From Clostridia bacterium (GTDB lineage Bacteria; Bacillota; Clostridia; TANB77; CAG-508), in the NCBI GenBank assembly GCA_017517685.1, contig JAFWYK010000010.1, positions 130,499-194,498 of the forward strand: a DNA stretch of 64,000 nt, written 5' to 3'. This document shows positions 18,668 through 27,761 of this stretch, piece by piece (the stretch's first letter is position 1; each line of letters starts with the position of its first letter). The position numbers and the translations under genes were made by a program. The notes under the pieces were generated by a model. It had not been told where the DNA came from, ran no database searches, and worked only from the letters and a program-made list of their open reading frames with translations.

Positions 18668-20050
18668 ATGGTAGAATCAATGGAAAAAATTGTTAGTTTA
18701 TGCAAATCAAGAGGATATGTATATCCAGGATCTGAAATTTATGGAGGTCTTGCAAATACATGGGATTATGGACCACTTGGAGTTGAATTAAAAAACAATG
18801 TAAAAAAAGCATGGATGAAAAAATTTGTGCAAGAATCAAAATATAATGTTGGACTTGATGCAGCAATTCTTATGAATCCACAAACATGGGTTGCATCTGG
18901 ACACGTTGGAGGATTCTCAGATCCATTAATCGATTGTAAAGAATGTAAAACAAGACATAGAGCTGATAAACTTATTGAAGAATGGGCTCATGATAATGGA
19001 AAAGATATGATTGCTGATGGAATGAGTGATAGCGAAATGATTAAATTCATGGATGATAATAATATTAATTGTCCATCATGCGGAAAACATAATTTTACAG
19101 ATATTAGAAAATTTAACTTAATGTTTAAAACATTTCAAGGTGTTACAGAAGATGCTAAAGCTGAAATTTATTTAAGACCAGAAACAGCTCAAGGTATATT
19201 TGTAAACTTTAAAAATGTATTAAGAACTACAAGAAGAAAAATGCCAATGGGTATTGCTCAAATTGGTAAATCATTTAGAAATGAAATTACACCAGGAAAC
19301 TTTACTTTTAGAACAAGAGAATTTGAACAAATGGAACTTGAATTCTTCTGCAAACCAGGAACAGATATGGAATGGTTTGAATATTGGAAGAGTTATTGTA
19401 AAAAATGGCTTCTTGATTTAGGTATGAAAGAAGAAAATATGAGAATGAGAGATCATTCAAAAGAAGAATTATCTCACTATAGTAAAGGAACAACTGATAT
19501 AGAAGTTAAATTCCCATTTGGATGGGGAGAATTATGGGGAATTGCCAATAGAACTGATTTTGATTTAACGCAACATCAAAATCATTCTAAAGAAGATATG
19601 TCTTACTTAGATCCAGAAACAAACGAAAGATATGTACCATATTGTATCGAACCATCACTTGGTGCTGATAGAGTTACACTTGCTTTCTTATGTAATAGTT
19701 ATTATGAGGAGGAAGTAGGAGAAGGAGATGTAAGAACTGTATTAAAATTACATCCAGCACTTGCTCCATATAAATTAGCTGTACTTCCACTTTCTAAAAA
19801 ATTATCAGATAAAGCAGGAGAAGTATATGCAGAACTTTCTAAATACTTTATGTGCGACTATGATGAAGCAGGAAGTATAGGAAAGAGATATAGAAGAGAA
19901 GATGAAATTGGTACACCATATTGTGTAACAGTTGATTTTGAAACATTAGAAGATGGATGTGTAACAATAAGAGATAGAGATACAATGGAACAAATTAGAA
20001 TTAAAATTGAAGATGTTAAAGCATATATTGAAGAAAAAATAATGTTCTAA
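18668..20050 (+). CDS. glyQS: Glycine--tRNA ligase (alpha2 type)
   Basis: 460 aa. N-terminus [26 protein letters not shown] and the overall class II GlyRS pattern. Preceded by the T-box leader. Confidence 0.95.
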   Translation: MVESMEKIVSLCKSRGYVYPGSEIYGGLANTWDYGPLGVELKNNVKKAWMKKFVQESKYNVGLDAAILMNPQTWVASGHVGGFSDPLIDCKECKTRHRADKLIEEWAHDNGKDMIADGMSDSEMIKFMDDNNINCPSCGKHNFTDIRKFNLMFKTFQGVTEDAKAEIYLRPETAQGIFVNFKNVLRTTRRKMPMGIAQIGKSFRNEITPGNFTFRTREFEQMELEFFCKPGTDMEWFEYWKSYCKKWLLDLGMKEENMRMRDHSKEELSHYSKGTTDIEVKFPFGWGELWGIANRTDFDLTQHQNHSKEDMSYLDPETNERYVPYCIEPSLGADRVTLAFLCNSYYEEEVGEGDVRTVLKLHPALAPYKLAVLPLSKKLSDKAGEVYAELSKYFMCDYDEAGSIGKRYRREDEIGTPYCVTVDFETLEDGCVTIRDRDTMEQIRIKIEDVKAYIEEKIMF

Positions 20051-20263
20051 AATATTGACCGGCAGAAATGTCGGTCTTTTTAATGTAAAAAATTTAAAAA
20101 GTTAATATTCAGTTCAAATTGTAATGATATAAAAAGAGTATATTGTAAGAGAAAATTTACAATATAAATCCCCAAGTTTAAAATAAGGTTCAAAACTCTC
20201 TCTATTGGACCTTATTTTTTATTTATAATTATAAAATTTTTTTTGAAATATTTAAAAAAAGTG

Positions 20264-20292
20264 TTGACATCTTAATTTTTAGATAGTATAAT
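20264..20292 (+). promoter_or_regulatory. Promoter of tRNA-Leu
   Basis: Perfect TTGACA, 17 nt, TATAAT. Confidence 0.7.
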
Positions 20293-20330
20293 AAGTCTTG
20301 TCAGTTGGAAAACTGATTTGCCAGTAATAT

Positions 20331-20419
20331 GCAGATGTGGCGGAACTGGCAGACGCACAGGACTTAAAATCCTGCGGGCTTCAAATCCCGTGCCGGTTCG
20401 ATTCCGGCCATCTGCACCA
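20331..20419 (+). tRNA. tRNA-Leu (anticodon UAA), long variable arm, encoded CCA
   Basis: Acceptor GCAGATG/CATCTGC, anticodon stem CAGGA/TCCTG with loop CTTAAAA, variable arm, T-arm GCCGG TTCGATT CCGGC. Terminator at 20421..20454. Confidence 0.92.
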
Positions 20420-20717
20420 AAAGACGACTTTGAAAAAAGTCGTCTTTTCTTTTTATATCAGCACTTTCAGCCTTTCTCAACTGCTTTCAACTCTTTTTAG
20501 TTGCGGCTCTAAGAGTAAAGCTTTCAAAGCATTGAAATTATTGTTATTTTTTGTTAAATTTACATAAAATTTTATATATACTTATAAATATTTATGGGAT
20601 GAGCAAGGGATGAGTTTTTTAAAATATAAAAAAATGTGAATTTTGAATATATATGATATAATTAAGATAATACATTATAATTCTATATAATATATGTCAT
20701 ATACAGGAGGATTTTTA

Positions 20718-21185
20718 ATGAAAGAAATACCAATATTAGAAATACCAATATATTCTATGAGCCCCCAAAAATTTAGTGATAAATGGAATAATTTTTTTAA
20801 AAATAATTTTCCTCAAAATCATTTACTTAATGATATAAAAAGAACTTATTATCCTTTAAATATTTGGCAATATAATCAAATTATTGGATATATCACTATT
20901 AGTTGTTCAAAAAATGATATTTGGTTTGAAGAATATTTATCTTTTAATAAAGAAAAATTTTGGTTTAGAAGTAAAAATAAGGTATTTGTTCAAAAAATGA
21001 ATTTAAATGGATTTCATTTTAGAATAGAACCAGATGATACAAACGAAACAATAAGAAATCAAATTTTAGAATGGTTAGATTATTTACTTGATGATAAAAT
21101 ATTTAAAAATAGATATATTGATAGAAGTTTATTTGACATTCAATTACATAATCTTGATATTATAAAAATTATAAATGAATTATAA
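20718..21185 (+). CDS. Hypothetical protein (islet 1 cargo)
   Basis: ORF 20694..21185. Start placed at ATG 20718 behind AGGAGG. I recognise no motif. Confidence 0.6.
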   Translation: MKEIPILEIPIYSMSPQKFSDKWNNFFKNNFPQNHLLNDIKRTYYPLNIWQYNQIIGYITISCSKNDIWFEEYLSFNKEKFWFRSKNKVFVQKMNLNGFHFRIEPDDTNETIRNQILEWLDYLLDDKIFKNRYIDRSLFDIQLHNLDIIKIINEL

Positions 21186-21328
21186 TTTTTATAATATCAT
21201 AAGATGTTGTACGAGGAATAAATTAGCAATATAAAAGCAGAGATTTATAAAAATCTCTGCTTTTAATTAGTTTCCCCTAATTATCTATTTTTAAGTTTTA
21301 ATAAATGATAGAAAATGTTTAAAAGGAT

Positions 21329-22583
21329 TTAACGAACATCTTCTTTATCATCTAATAAATTATTTCTTTCATAATACGCATTAACTTTGTTGATTTCGTC
21401 TAATTTGAAATCATTAAAAATAGATGTATAAGTATTTAAAGTAATCTTAACATCAGAATGTCCCATTAATTTTTGTAATACAACAGCAGGCATACCAGCT
21501 TCGATCGAACGAGTTGCATAAGAATGTCTTAAAATATGTGTTGAGATTCCGGGGTCTCATAATATTTAAATTCTTACACATTCTTTTAAGCTGTGAATTC
21601 ATAGAATGTGGATGAACCAATTTATCTCCATAAGTAAATAAAAGGTTATCTTTATTGTTTTTTGAATATTCTAACTGTTCTATTATATGCTCTTTTAAAA
21701 ATTGGGGAATTGGTAACAATCTTTTTCCAGTTGCTGTTTTTGTAGATTTTCCCATAATGACAGCTCCAGTTTCATTAGTCGTTAGAGTTCTTGAAATTTG
21801 TATTGTGTCATTATCAAGATTTATATCGGTCGATTTTAAAGCTAAAGCTTCGCCAACTCTTAAACCAAGATATAGTTGAAGAAGAAATACATTCTTATAT
21901 TTTTCTTCGCTTATTTTTGATTTTAGAAGATATTGAGATAATATTTTGTGCTCTGTTAACGATAGTGCCGATAATTCTTTTTTATCTAATCTACTTTTAG
22001 GTTTTATTACATCTTCCATTGGATTGTCTTGAATAAATTTGCTTTTAACTGCAAATTTAAAAGATTGAGCAACTTGTTCCCAAACTTTCTTAATTGAAGA
22101 ATCACTATATTTATGTGAAAGTTCATTAAAGAATTTTTGAAGTTGCATATAAGAAATATCTTGAATATTTAATTTTCCTATAGAACTATTTTCAATAATT
22201 CTAATAGTATCTAATGTTCTTCTATAATAGCCAGGAGATATATCATTAGCTTCATATCTTTGTTGAAGATGTTTTCTTATAAGTTCGATTAAAGGTAATC
22301 CATGTTTAGTAATAAATTTAAAGTCATTAGATTGAAACATTAATTGTTTATATTTTTTTAAAGCTTCTTCCTTTGTTTTTCCAGATACACATTTTCTAAT
22401 TCTAGTTCCGTCAATACAATCATAAACATAAAATTTGTATTGCCAAGATTTATATCGTTTATCATAATAATATTGCCCTTCACCATTAGAGTGTGTGGCT
22501 TTTTTCTTTAGTTCGTCTAAATTTAGTTCCTTTTTAATTGCTTCGATTAATTCAGGATCTACACTAATTTTTGAATTGGTCAT
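21329..22583 (-). pseudogene. Tyrosine recombinase/integrase, frameshifted
   Basis: The 376-aa ORF has a SAM-like N-domain and a core-binding region, then loses sense after ...KNLNIMRP. The adjacent frame continues GISTHILRHSYATRSIEAGMPAVVLQKLMGHSDVKITLNTYTS (the HxxR and catalytic Y boxes) to a stop at 21329. Removing one G from the G4 run at 21551..21554 restores a single ORF. Confidence 0.85.
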
Positions 22584-22606
22584 AAATTCTCTCCATTCAT
22601 ATAAAT

Positions 22607-22735
22607 TAGCTCGAACGCCAAATGACTTCGACAGTCAAATATTTTAAAAAGGAGTATTTGATTTATGTGTGTGCCAAAAGAAAAAACACACAACAATATT
22701 ATATCAAAAATAGAAGAGAAAATCAATATTATGTA
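22607..22735 (+). repeat. Copy 1 of a roughly 128-bp repeat (region upstream of the integrase)
   Basis: Aligns by eye at about 85% with 26677..26804. Contains an SD plus a 23-codon mini-ORF (22665..22736) and two hairpins. Confidence 0.8.
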
Positions 22736-22998
22736 AACAAATCATCTATATAGAGAAGTATTTTTTATACTTTAATATGAGAAGTTATCTAATAGATAAC
22801 TTTTTATATTAAAGTATGCAAAGGGGTTATAAGGGGAAAATCCCCTTATCATACAGAGAACTTTTTTTAAGTTCTCTAGTATGTTATAGCACTTATAATT
22901 AAATGCTATTAGATATTCAAGCAATATACCAAGAATTGATAATTCATCATTTTTATGATATTATGAATAAAACTTATAATCGAGGTGATTTTTTGAAA

Positions 22999-23790
22999 AT
23001 GCCAAAAAGTGATAATTTCATTTTACATTTTGGAGTGTTATTAGATAGTTCTAAAATAAGAATGAATTTAACAAGAGATAATTACTCAATAATAGATAAA
23101 AATAATTATACAAAAAGGCGTGATGAATTATTAATTTTACTTAATTGGGATAAATGGAAAAAGCAAAAAGAAGAATTAGAATTTGATGAGTTTAAAACTA
23201 TAGTTTGTCCTCCTGGACTTAAGTTTGAAAAAGAAGATGGAAAATTAGTATTATCTAAAGAGTATTGTAATAGATATCATGAATTGTGTTTAAAAAATTA
23301 TGATTTAAATATGAAATTTTTAAGTAATTTAAATGAAAATGATTTTAATAACACTATTAATAAAATAATAAAAAAATTTAAAATGACAGAAATTAATGAT
23401 TTAAATAATTATGCTTCTAAGTTTGGTATATATATGTGTGTATTGGATAATTATAAACAGATATATATAGGACAAACCAAAACAAGTTTTAAAGAAAGAA
23501 TTTTACAGCATTGGAAAAATAAACCAAAATTTGATAAAATATTATTTGGTAATTCAAGAAAATCAGTTATATCATATGATTCTTATGGAGCTTTAGATAC
23601 AACAAGAATTTTTACTATATGTGAAACTAATCAAGATAAAATTGACACTCTTGAGAAAAGGATTGTAGATGCCATTTCAAAAGATTATCTTTGTAATAGA
23701 ATTGGTGGCGGAATTCATTTGAATAACATTAATGATCATTATGCTGCTATAAATAGTATGAATTTAAGAAAACTAGAAGATAATTTTTAG
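22999..23790 (+). CDS. GIY-YIG nuclease-domain protein with an unknown N-terminal domain
   Basis: C-terminal FGIYMCVLDNYKQIYIGQTKTSFKERILQHW matches the GIY...YIG...R...H pattern. Start placed at ATG 22999 behind GAGGTGA. Confidence 0.7.
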   Translation: MPKSDNFILHFGVLLDSSKIRMNLTRDNYSIIDKNNYTKRRDELLILLNWDKWKKQKEELEFDEFKTIVCPPGLKFEKEDGKLVLSKEYCNRYHELCLKNYDLNMKFLSNLNENDFNNTINKIIKKFKMTEINDLNNYASKFGIYMCVLDNYKQIYIGQTKTSFKERILQHWKNKPKFDKILFGNSRKSVISYDSYGALDTTRIFTICETNQDKIDTLEKRIVDAISKDYLCNRIGGGIHLNNINDHYAAINSMNLRKLEDNF

Positions 23791-23823
23791 ATAAATTTAA
23801 AAGATAATATAAATGGAGAAATT

Positions 23824-24813
23824 ATGGGAATATTAGATATATTTGATAAGTTTAGAGATGCAATAATTTTAAAAGAAGATTGTGAGTTAGAAAGAAAAGT
23901 AAAATATTTAGAAGAATTAAAAAATAAAAATCCTAATAATAAGAATATCACTCAACAATTATATATGGCACAAAAAGGATTAGAAGGCGAAAATGAAATA
24001 ATATATCAATTAAAAAAATCTAATATTGGTATGTTTATTCTTCATGATGTTAATTTAGTATATGAAGATTTAAAAGCCCAAATTGATTTTATTGTAATAA
24101 CTCCTTGGTGTTGTTATTTTATAGAATGTAAAAATCTAATTGGAAATATTTCAGTTAATGAAAAAGGAGATTTTATTAGAGAATATTCTTTTAAAGGTCA
24201 TAAAGTAAAAAAAGGAATGGAATCTCCTTATAGACAAGTTCAAGCACAAAGAGATGTTTATAAAAAAATTTGGTTAAAATTACAAGGAAAATTAAAAGGC
24301 TTTCTTTTTGAAAGAAACTTTGAAAGTTTTCATAGAGTATTAGTTGTTGCAGCTAATGGTGAAAATATATTAAATACCAAATATGCTCCTAAAGAAATGA
24401 AAAACAATATAATAAAAGCTGATGCTTTAATAAGAAAATTAGAATATGATAGAGATCATAGCGATAGAGATTTATGGGATAATAAAAAATCTATGGAACA
24501 ATGGGCGAATCATTTTATAAAATTAAATGTAGAAAAAGAAGAAAAATTTGAAATTAAATTTGAAGATTGTGAAGATAAAGTTGAAGCTTCAAATACAGAT
24601 GTATTAAAAGAAAAATTAATTGAATTTAGAAAACAAAGGTCAAAAGAAAAAAACATACCTGCTTATTATGTTTTTAATAATGACGAATTAGAGAAAATTT
24701 TGGAAATATTACCAAAAACATTTGAAGATTTAAAAAATTCTAAAATATTAACAGATGTTAAAATTAATTCTCATGGAAAAGATATTGTTAATATAATTAA
24801 TGAAATACAATAA
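23824..24813 (+). CDS. NERD-domain nuclease-like protein with a C-terminal HRDC-like domain
   Basis: GENEIIYQLK...HDV......QIDFIVITPWCCYFIECKN is the NERD (PD-(D/E)xK-like) pattern. C-terminal NIPAYYVFNNDELEKILEILPKTFEDLKN resembles HRDC. Starts 33 nt after the GIY-YIG gene with its own SD. Confidence 0.7.
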   Translation: MGILDIFDKFRDAIILKEDCELERKVKYLEELKNKNPNNKNITQQLYMAQKGLEGENEIIYQLKKSNIGMFILHDVNLVYEDLKAQIDFIVITPWCCYFIECKNLIGNISVNEKGDFIREYSFKGHKVKKGMESPYRQVQAQRDVYKKIWLKLQGKLKGFLFERNFESFHRVLVVAANGENILNTKYAPKEMKNNIIKADALIRKLEYDRDHSDRDLWDNKKSMEQWANHFIKLNVEKEEKFEIKFEDCEDKVEASNTDVLKEKLIEFRKQRSKEKNIPAYYVFNNDELEKILEILPKTFEDLKNSKILTDVKINSHGKDIVNIINEIQ

Positions 24814-24893
24814 TTACTAAAAAATCTATCAAAATGGGATGAGCAAAAAATAAAGTGTAGATGTATCAAGGGTTTGAGTATGCCACTTGTTAT

Positions 24894-24905
24894 CATCTGC
24901 ACCAA
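24894..24905 (+). repeat. att-type direct repeat of the tRNA-Leu 3' end (copy 1), followed by terminator 24904..24933
   Basis: CATCTGCACCAA is identical to 20409..20420. Upstream bases resemble a degenerate T-arm. Confidence 0.8.
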
Positions 24906-25801
24906 GCTTGAGTGAAAACTCAAGCTTTTTTTTATTATTTAACATTATTCAACATTATTTAAAAGTATTGCTACAGGCTAGTTCTGTAGCTTTTTTGATT
25001 TTTATCATTATTTGTCGTTATTTAAAATTATTGAACATTATTTGAATTTTACTACCCATTTTACTACCCACTTTTGAAAGAGAATATAATCTATGAAAGT
25101 GTTGAAATAAGTTGAATAGAGAAGTTTTATTATTTGTCGATATATAACATTATTCAATTTGATTTACCGACCATTTTACACACAAATTTATAAGTATTAT
25201 TTTTAAAACTTTATTTTTTGACAAGATGTTGAGAAAAAAGTGTATTTGTGATATATAGTATAAGAAGAAAATAAAAATAATATTATGATTGAATTGGAGA
25301 AAAAATCGATATAGATACAACTGAAATAAAATTAGCTACTTTAGATAAATATTCACAAGAATATAGTAAAGAGAAATTATTTAATGAATTAGAAAAAAAT
25401 AGTACGAAAAAAAATGAGCAGTATATATATTTAGTATATAGCATGTATATGGATTGTATGTGATGAAATATTATTAATTATGAATTTAAAGATAAAAAAT
25501 AAAACGATTATAAATGCTGCAGTTCTAAATAAATCAATCTTTTTACAGTATTGATTATAAATAATGGAAGACAAAAATAAAAAACTAGCAATTCTTACTT
25601 ATGTAAGTGTTCGTTAGTTTTTTTGTGGAGGCTCTAGCCATTCTTATTGATTGAAAATGTTGATATATAGTCATTTTATTTTCAAAATGGAGGAATTGGA
25701 GACAAATATAATTTTAAATAAAAAGAAATAATAAATAAATTTATAAAAGGATAAAAAATTAAAAACACTATTCGTCATTGAATAGTGTTTTTTTTATGTA
25801 T

Positions 25802-26380
25802 TTAAAGATCTTTTGATGGTTTTAAAACATCTTCCTCTGTTACAGTATTGAATTTAAAAATATATGTTTCCTCTAAAAATGGTTCTTCACAAGTAATTTT
25901 TTCTAAAGAATAGTTTTCTGAATTATAATATTTTTTGAAAATGTCTTGCATTTTATAAACATAGTTATTGTTTTCTTTCTTTAAAAAAGAAGTATTAGAA
26001 TTGTCTATACTAACTACGGATTTAATTTTTTCAATTAATGTATCATTAAATGAGTTAGATTCTAGGATTCCTTCATCTAATGTATAAATGTATGATATTT
26101 TTTCACCAGTTATAGTATTTTTCCAGTCTGTTGTTTGTAAAATATTGTTTTCATAGTTGTTAATTAAAATAATGTTATCTTTAAAATAAATTTCATTTAT
26201 AATTATTTTTTCATAATTATGTCTAGTTTCTAATTTTATATACATATTTTTGGCTGTAGTTATTTCAGCCGATTTTTTGTTTATATTATTAGTAATAATT
26301 TTTTGTGTTATAAGATTAGTTATTATAATTGAGATTGCAATTATAATAACTAAAATAATTATTTTTGATATTTTTTTCAT
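25802..26380 (-). CDS. N-terminally anchored hypothetical protein (paralog family with 29636..30340)
   Basis: Signal-anchor TM, SD AAAGGGG. The C-terminal FKFNTVTEEDVLKPS resembles IEFDCVTDEDMIVPD of the islet-3 protein. Confidence 0.65.
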   Translation of the reverse strand: MKKISKIIILVIIIAISIIITNLITQKIITNNINKKSAEITTAKNMYIKLETRHNYEKIIINEIYFKDNIILINNYENNILQTTDWKNTITGEKISYIYTLDEGILESNSFNDTLIEKIKSVVSIDNSNTSFLKKENNNYVYKMQDIFKKYYNSENYSLEKITCEEPFLEETYIFKFNTVTEEDVLKPSKDL

Positions 26381-26676
26381 AGTATAAACCCCTTTCGATG
26401 TATATGTGCAATGTATTTCGTTTTTTTATAGTAAACAATATTAAGTGAAATACTATAATAGACTTCATAAAAATAATATTTACTAATATTATATACTATA
26501 TAATTAGTGTTTGTCTAGAAAAAAGATAGAAATTAATCAAATTTTGAATAAAAACGATATAGTGAGTAAATCTAGTTGTATACTGGGATTGCTCACTATT
26601 TTTGTCGATTTTTCAATGAAATTCAAGGTAATTCAATGAAATTTTAAAATAAGCTTTTTTTCGTGCTATTATGAAG

Positions 26677-26804
26677 TTAGTTCGAACAACAAATGATTTC
26701 CGGAAATCAAATATTTTTAAAAGGAGTATTTGATTATGTGTGTGCCAAAAGAAAAACACACATAACTATTATATCAAAAAACAGCAAAAGTGATATTATG
26801 TTAA
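26677..26804 (+). repeat. Copy 2 of the roughly 128-bp repeat
   Basis: Same order of elements as 22607..22735. A 1-nt shorter A-run truncates the mini-ORF to 9 codons (26736..26765). Confidence 0.8.
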
Positions 26805-26922
26805 CTTTTAAGACTATTTAACATTATTCATTTGTATATATACTTGTCTGAAAAACAGTAAAAATGGGATGAGTTAAAAATAGAGTTTGCTTGTCCCAAG
26901 GCTTACAGAGTTCGTGTATTAA

Positions 26923-26935
26923 CCATCTGCACCAA
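26923..26935 (+). repeat. att-type direct repeat (copy 2), followed by terminator 26935..26965
   Basis: CCATCTGCACCAA, preceded by GTTCGTGTATTAA resembling the tRNA T-arm GTTCGATTCCGG. Confidence 0.8.
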
Positions 26936-27314
26936 ATCCTGAGTTTTTTGACTCAGGATTTTTTTATATTCAAAATTATATAAAGTTATACAACTGTTGA
27001 AAATAGTGGTTTTGCGAGTAGTTGTCAAAAATGCTTGCAAATTTTTTTTATTCAAAAATACTTAAAATTACCTAAAAATAACCCCATTTGTTCCCAATTT
27101 GTTCCCAGCATTTGTCCCCAAAAATAAAACCGCAAATTCTTGTATAGACAGGGATTGCTAAAACACGTTGTATAAAAATTTGTGCCCCAAATATTTAATA
27201 TCATACTTAGGATTTGCATAAGCTTAGAAGACTTATACATCAATGGTTTGATTGATTTTGTGATAAATAACAAAATATTTTAAAAAAAATTTGTTATCAA
27301 AATAAAAAAATATA

Positions 27315-27360
27315 TTGACACCGACATTTGTATGTGTAATAATATAGACAGACAATTGTC
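27315..27360 (+). promoter_or_regulatory. blaI-like promoter and operator
   Basis: TTGACA at 27315..27320. The perfect palindrome GACAATTGTC (27351..27360) sits inside ATAGACAGACAATTGTCTAT and resembles BlaI/MecI/CopY ACA-N2-TGT boxes. Confidence 0.55.
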
Positions 27361-27377
27361 TATTAGGAGGTGTTGAA

Positions 27378-27758
27378 ATGGAAGAAATATTTAAAAGTCT
27401 ACCAGATTCAGAATTAAAAGTAATGATGGTTATTTGGGAAAACGGAAGTAAAATGTCTACAGGAGAAATTTTAGCAGAATTAAAAGCTGATGTTGATTGG
27501 AAATTATCAACTCTACAAGTAATTCTTACAAGATTAACTGAAAAAGGTTTTTTAAAAAATGAAAAGGAAAACAGATTAAATTATTATACTTCAATAGTTG
27601 ATTGCTCAAAATATACAAAACATGAAACAAAAAATTTTATTAAAAAGATGTATAATAATTCAGCAAAAAAACTTATTGCATCTTTAGTTGAAGGAGATGA
27701 TTCTTTAACTGATAATGATATTGAGGAGATAAAAAGAATATTAGACAGGAGTAAATAA
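27378..27758 (+). CDS. BlaI/MecI/CopY-family transcriptional repressor
   Basis: Winged-helix N-terminus LSDSELKVMMVIWE....ST.EI...L......W..STLQVILTRLTEKGFL. Confidence 0.85.
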   Translation: MEEIFKSLPDSELKVMMVIWENGSKMSTGEILAELKADVDWKLSTLQVILTRLTEKGFLKNEKENRLNYYTSIVDCSKYTKHETKNFIKKMYNNSAKKLIASLVEGDDSLTDNDIEEIKRILDRSK

Positions 27759-27761
27759 TAT

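Larger units (their letters stand above)
20420..24905 (+). mobile_element. Integrative islet 1 at tRNA-Leu (degenerate; frameshifted integrase)
   Basis: Bounded by the tRNA 3' end (CATCTGCACCAA 20409..20420) and a direct repeat of it at 24894..24905. Contains a tyrosine integrase pseudogene plus three cargo genes. Confidence 0.75.
24906..26935 (+). mobile_element. Integrative islet 2 (remnant, no integrase)
   Basis: Lies between att copies 1 and 2. It has about 900 bp without a substantial ORF but rich in short direct repeats, one minus-strand gene, and the second copy of the 128-bp integrase-upstream repeat with no integrase. Confidence 0.6.

Noticed and set aside
20318-20567. ORFs 20318..20500 and 20337..20567 overlapping tRNA-Leu.
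   Set aside because: They are read straight through a canonical tRNA and its terminator and are not coding.
24830-24905. Possibility that the sequences preceding att copies 1 and 2 are functional tRNA or tRNA-like genes.
   Set aside because: Copy 1 has a GTAGATG/CATCTGC acceptor-like pairing but no D or anticodon arm, and its T-arm is degenerate. Copy 2 lacks even the acceptor pairing. They are best read as decayed attP-borne tRNA fragments.
27052-27273. 73-aa minus-strand ORF in the left arm of islet 3.
   Set aside because: It overlaps the tandem ATTTGTNCCCA repeats, has no SD, and its sequence is dominated by the repeat translation.
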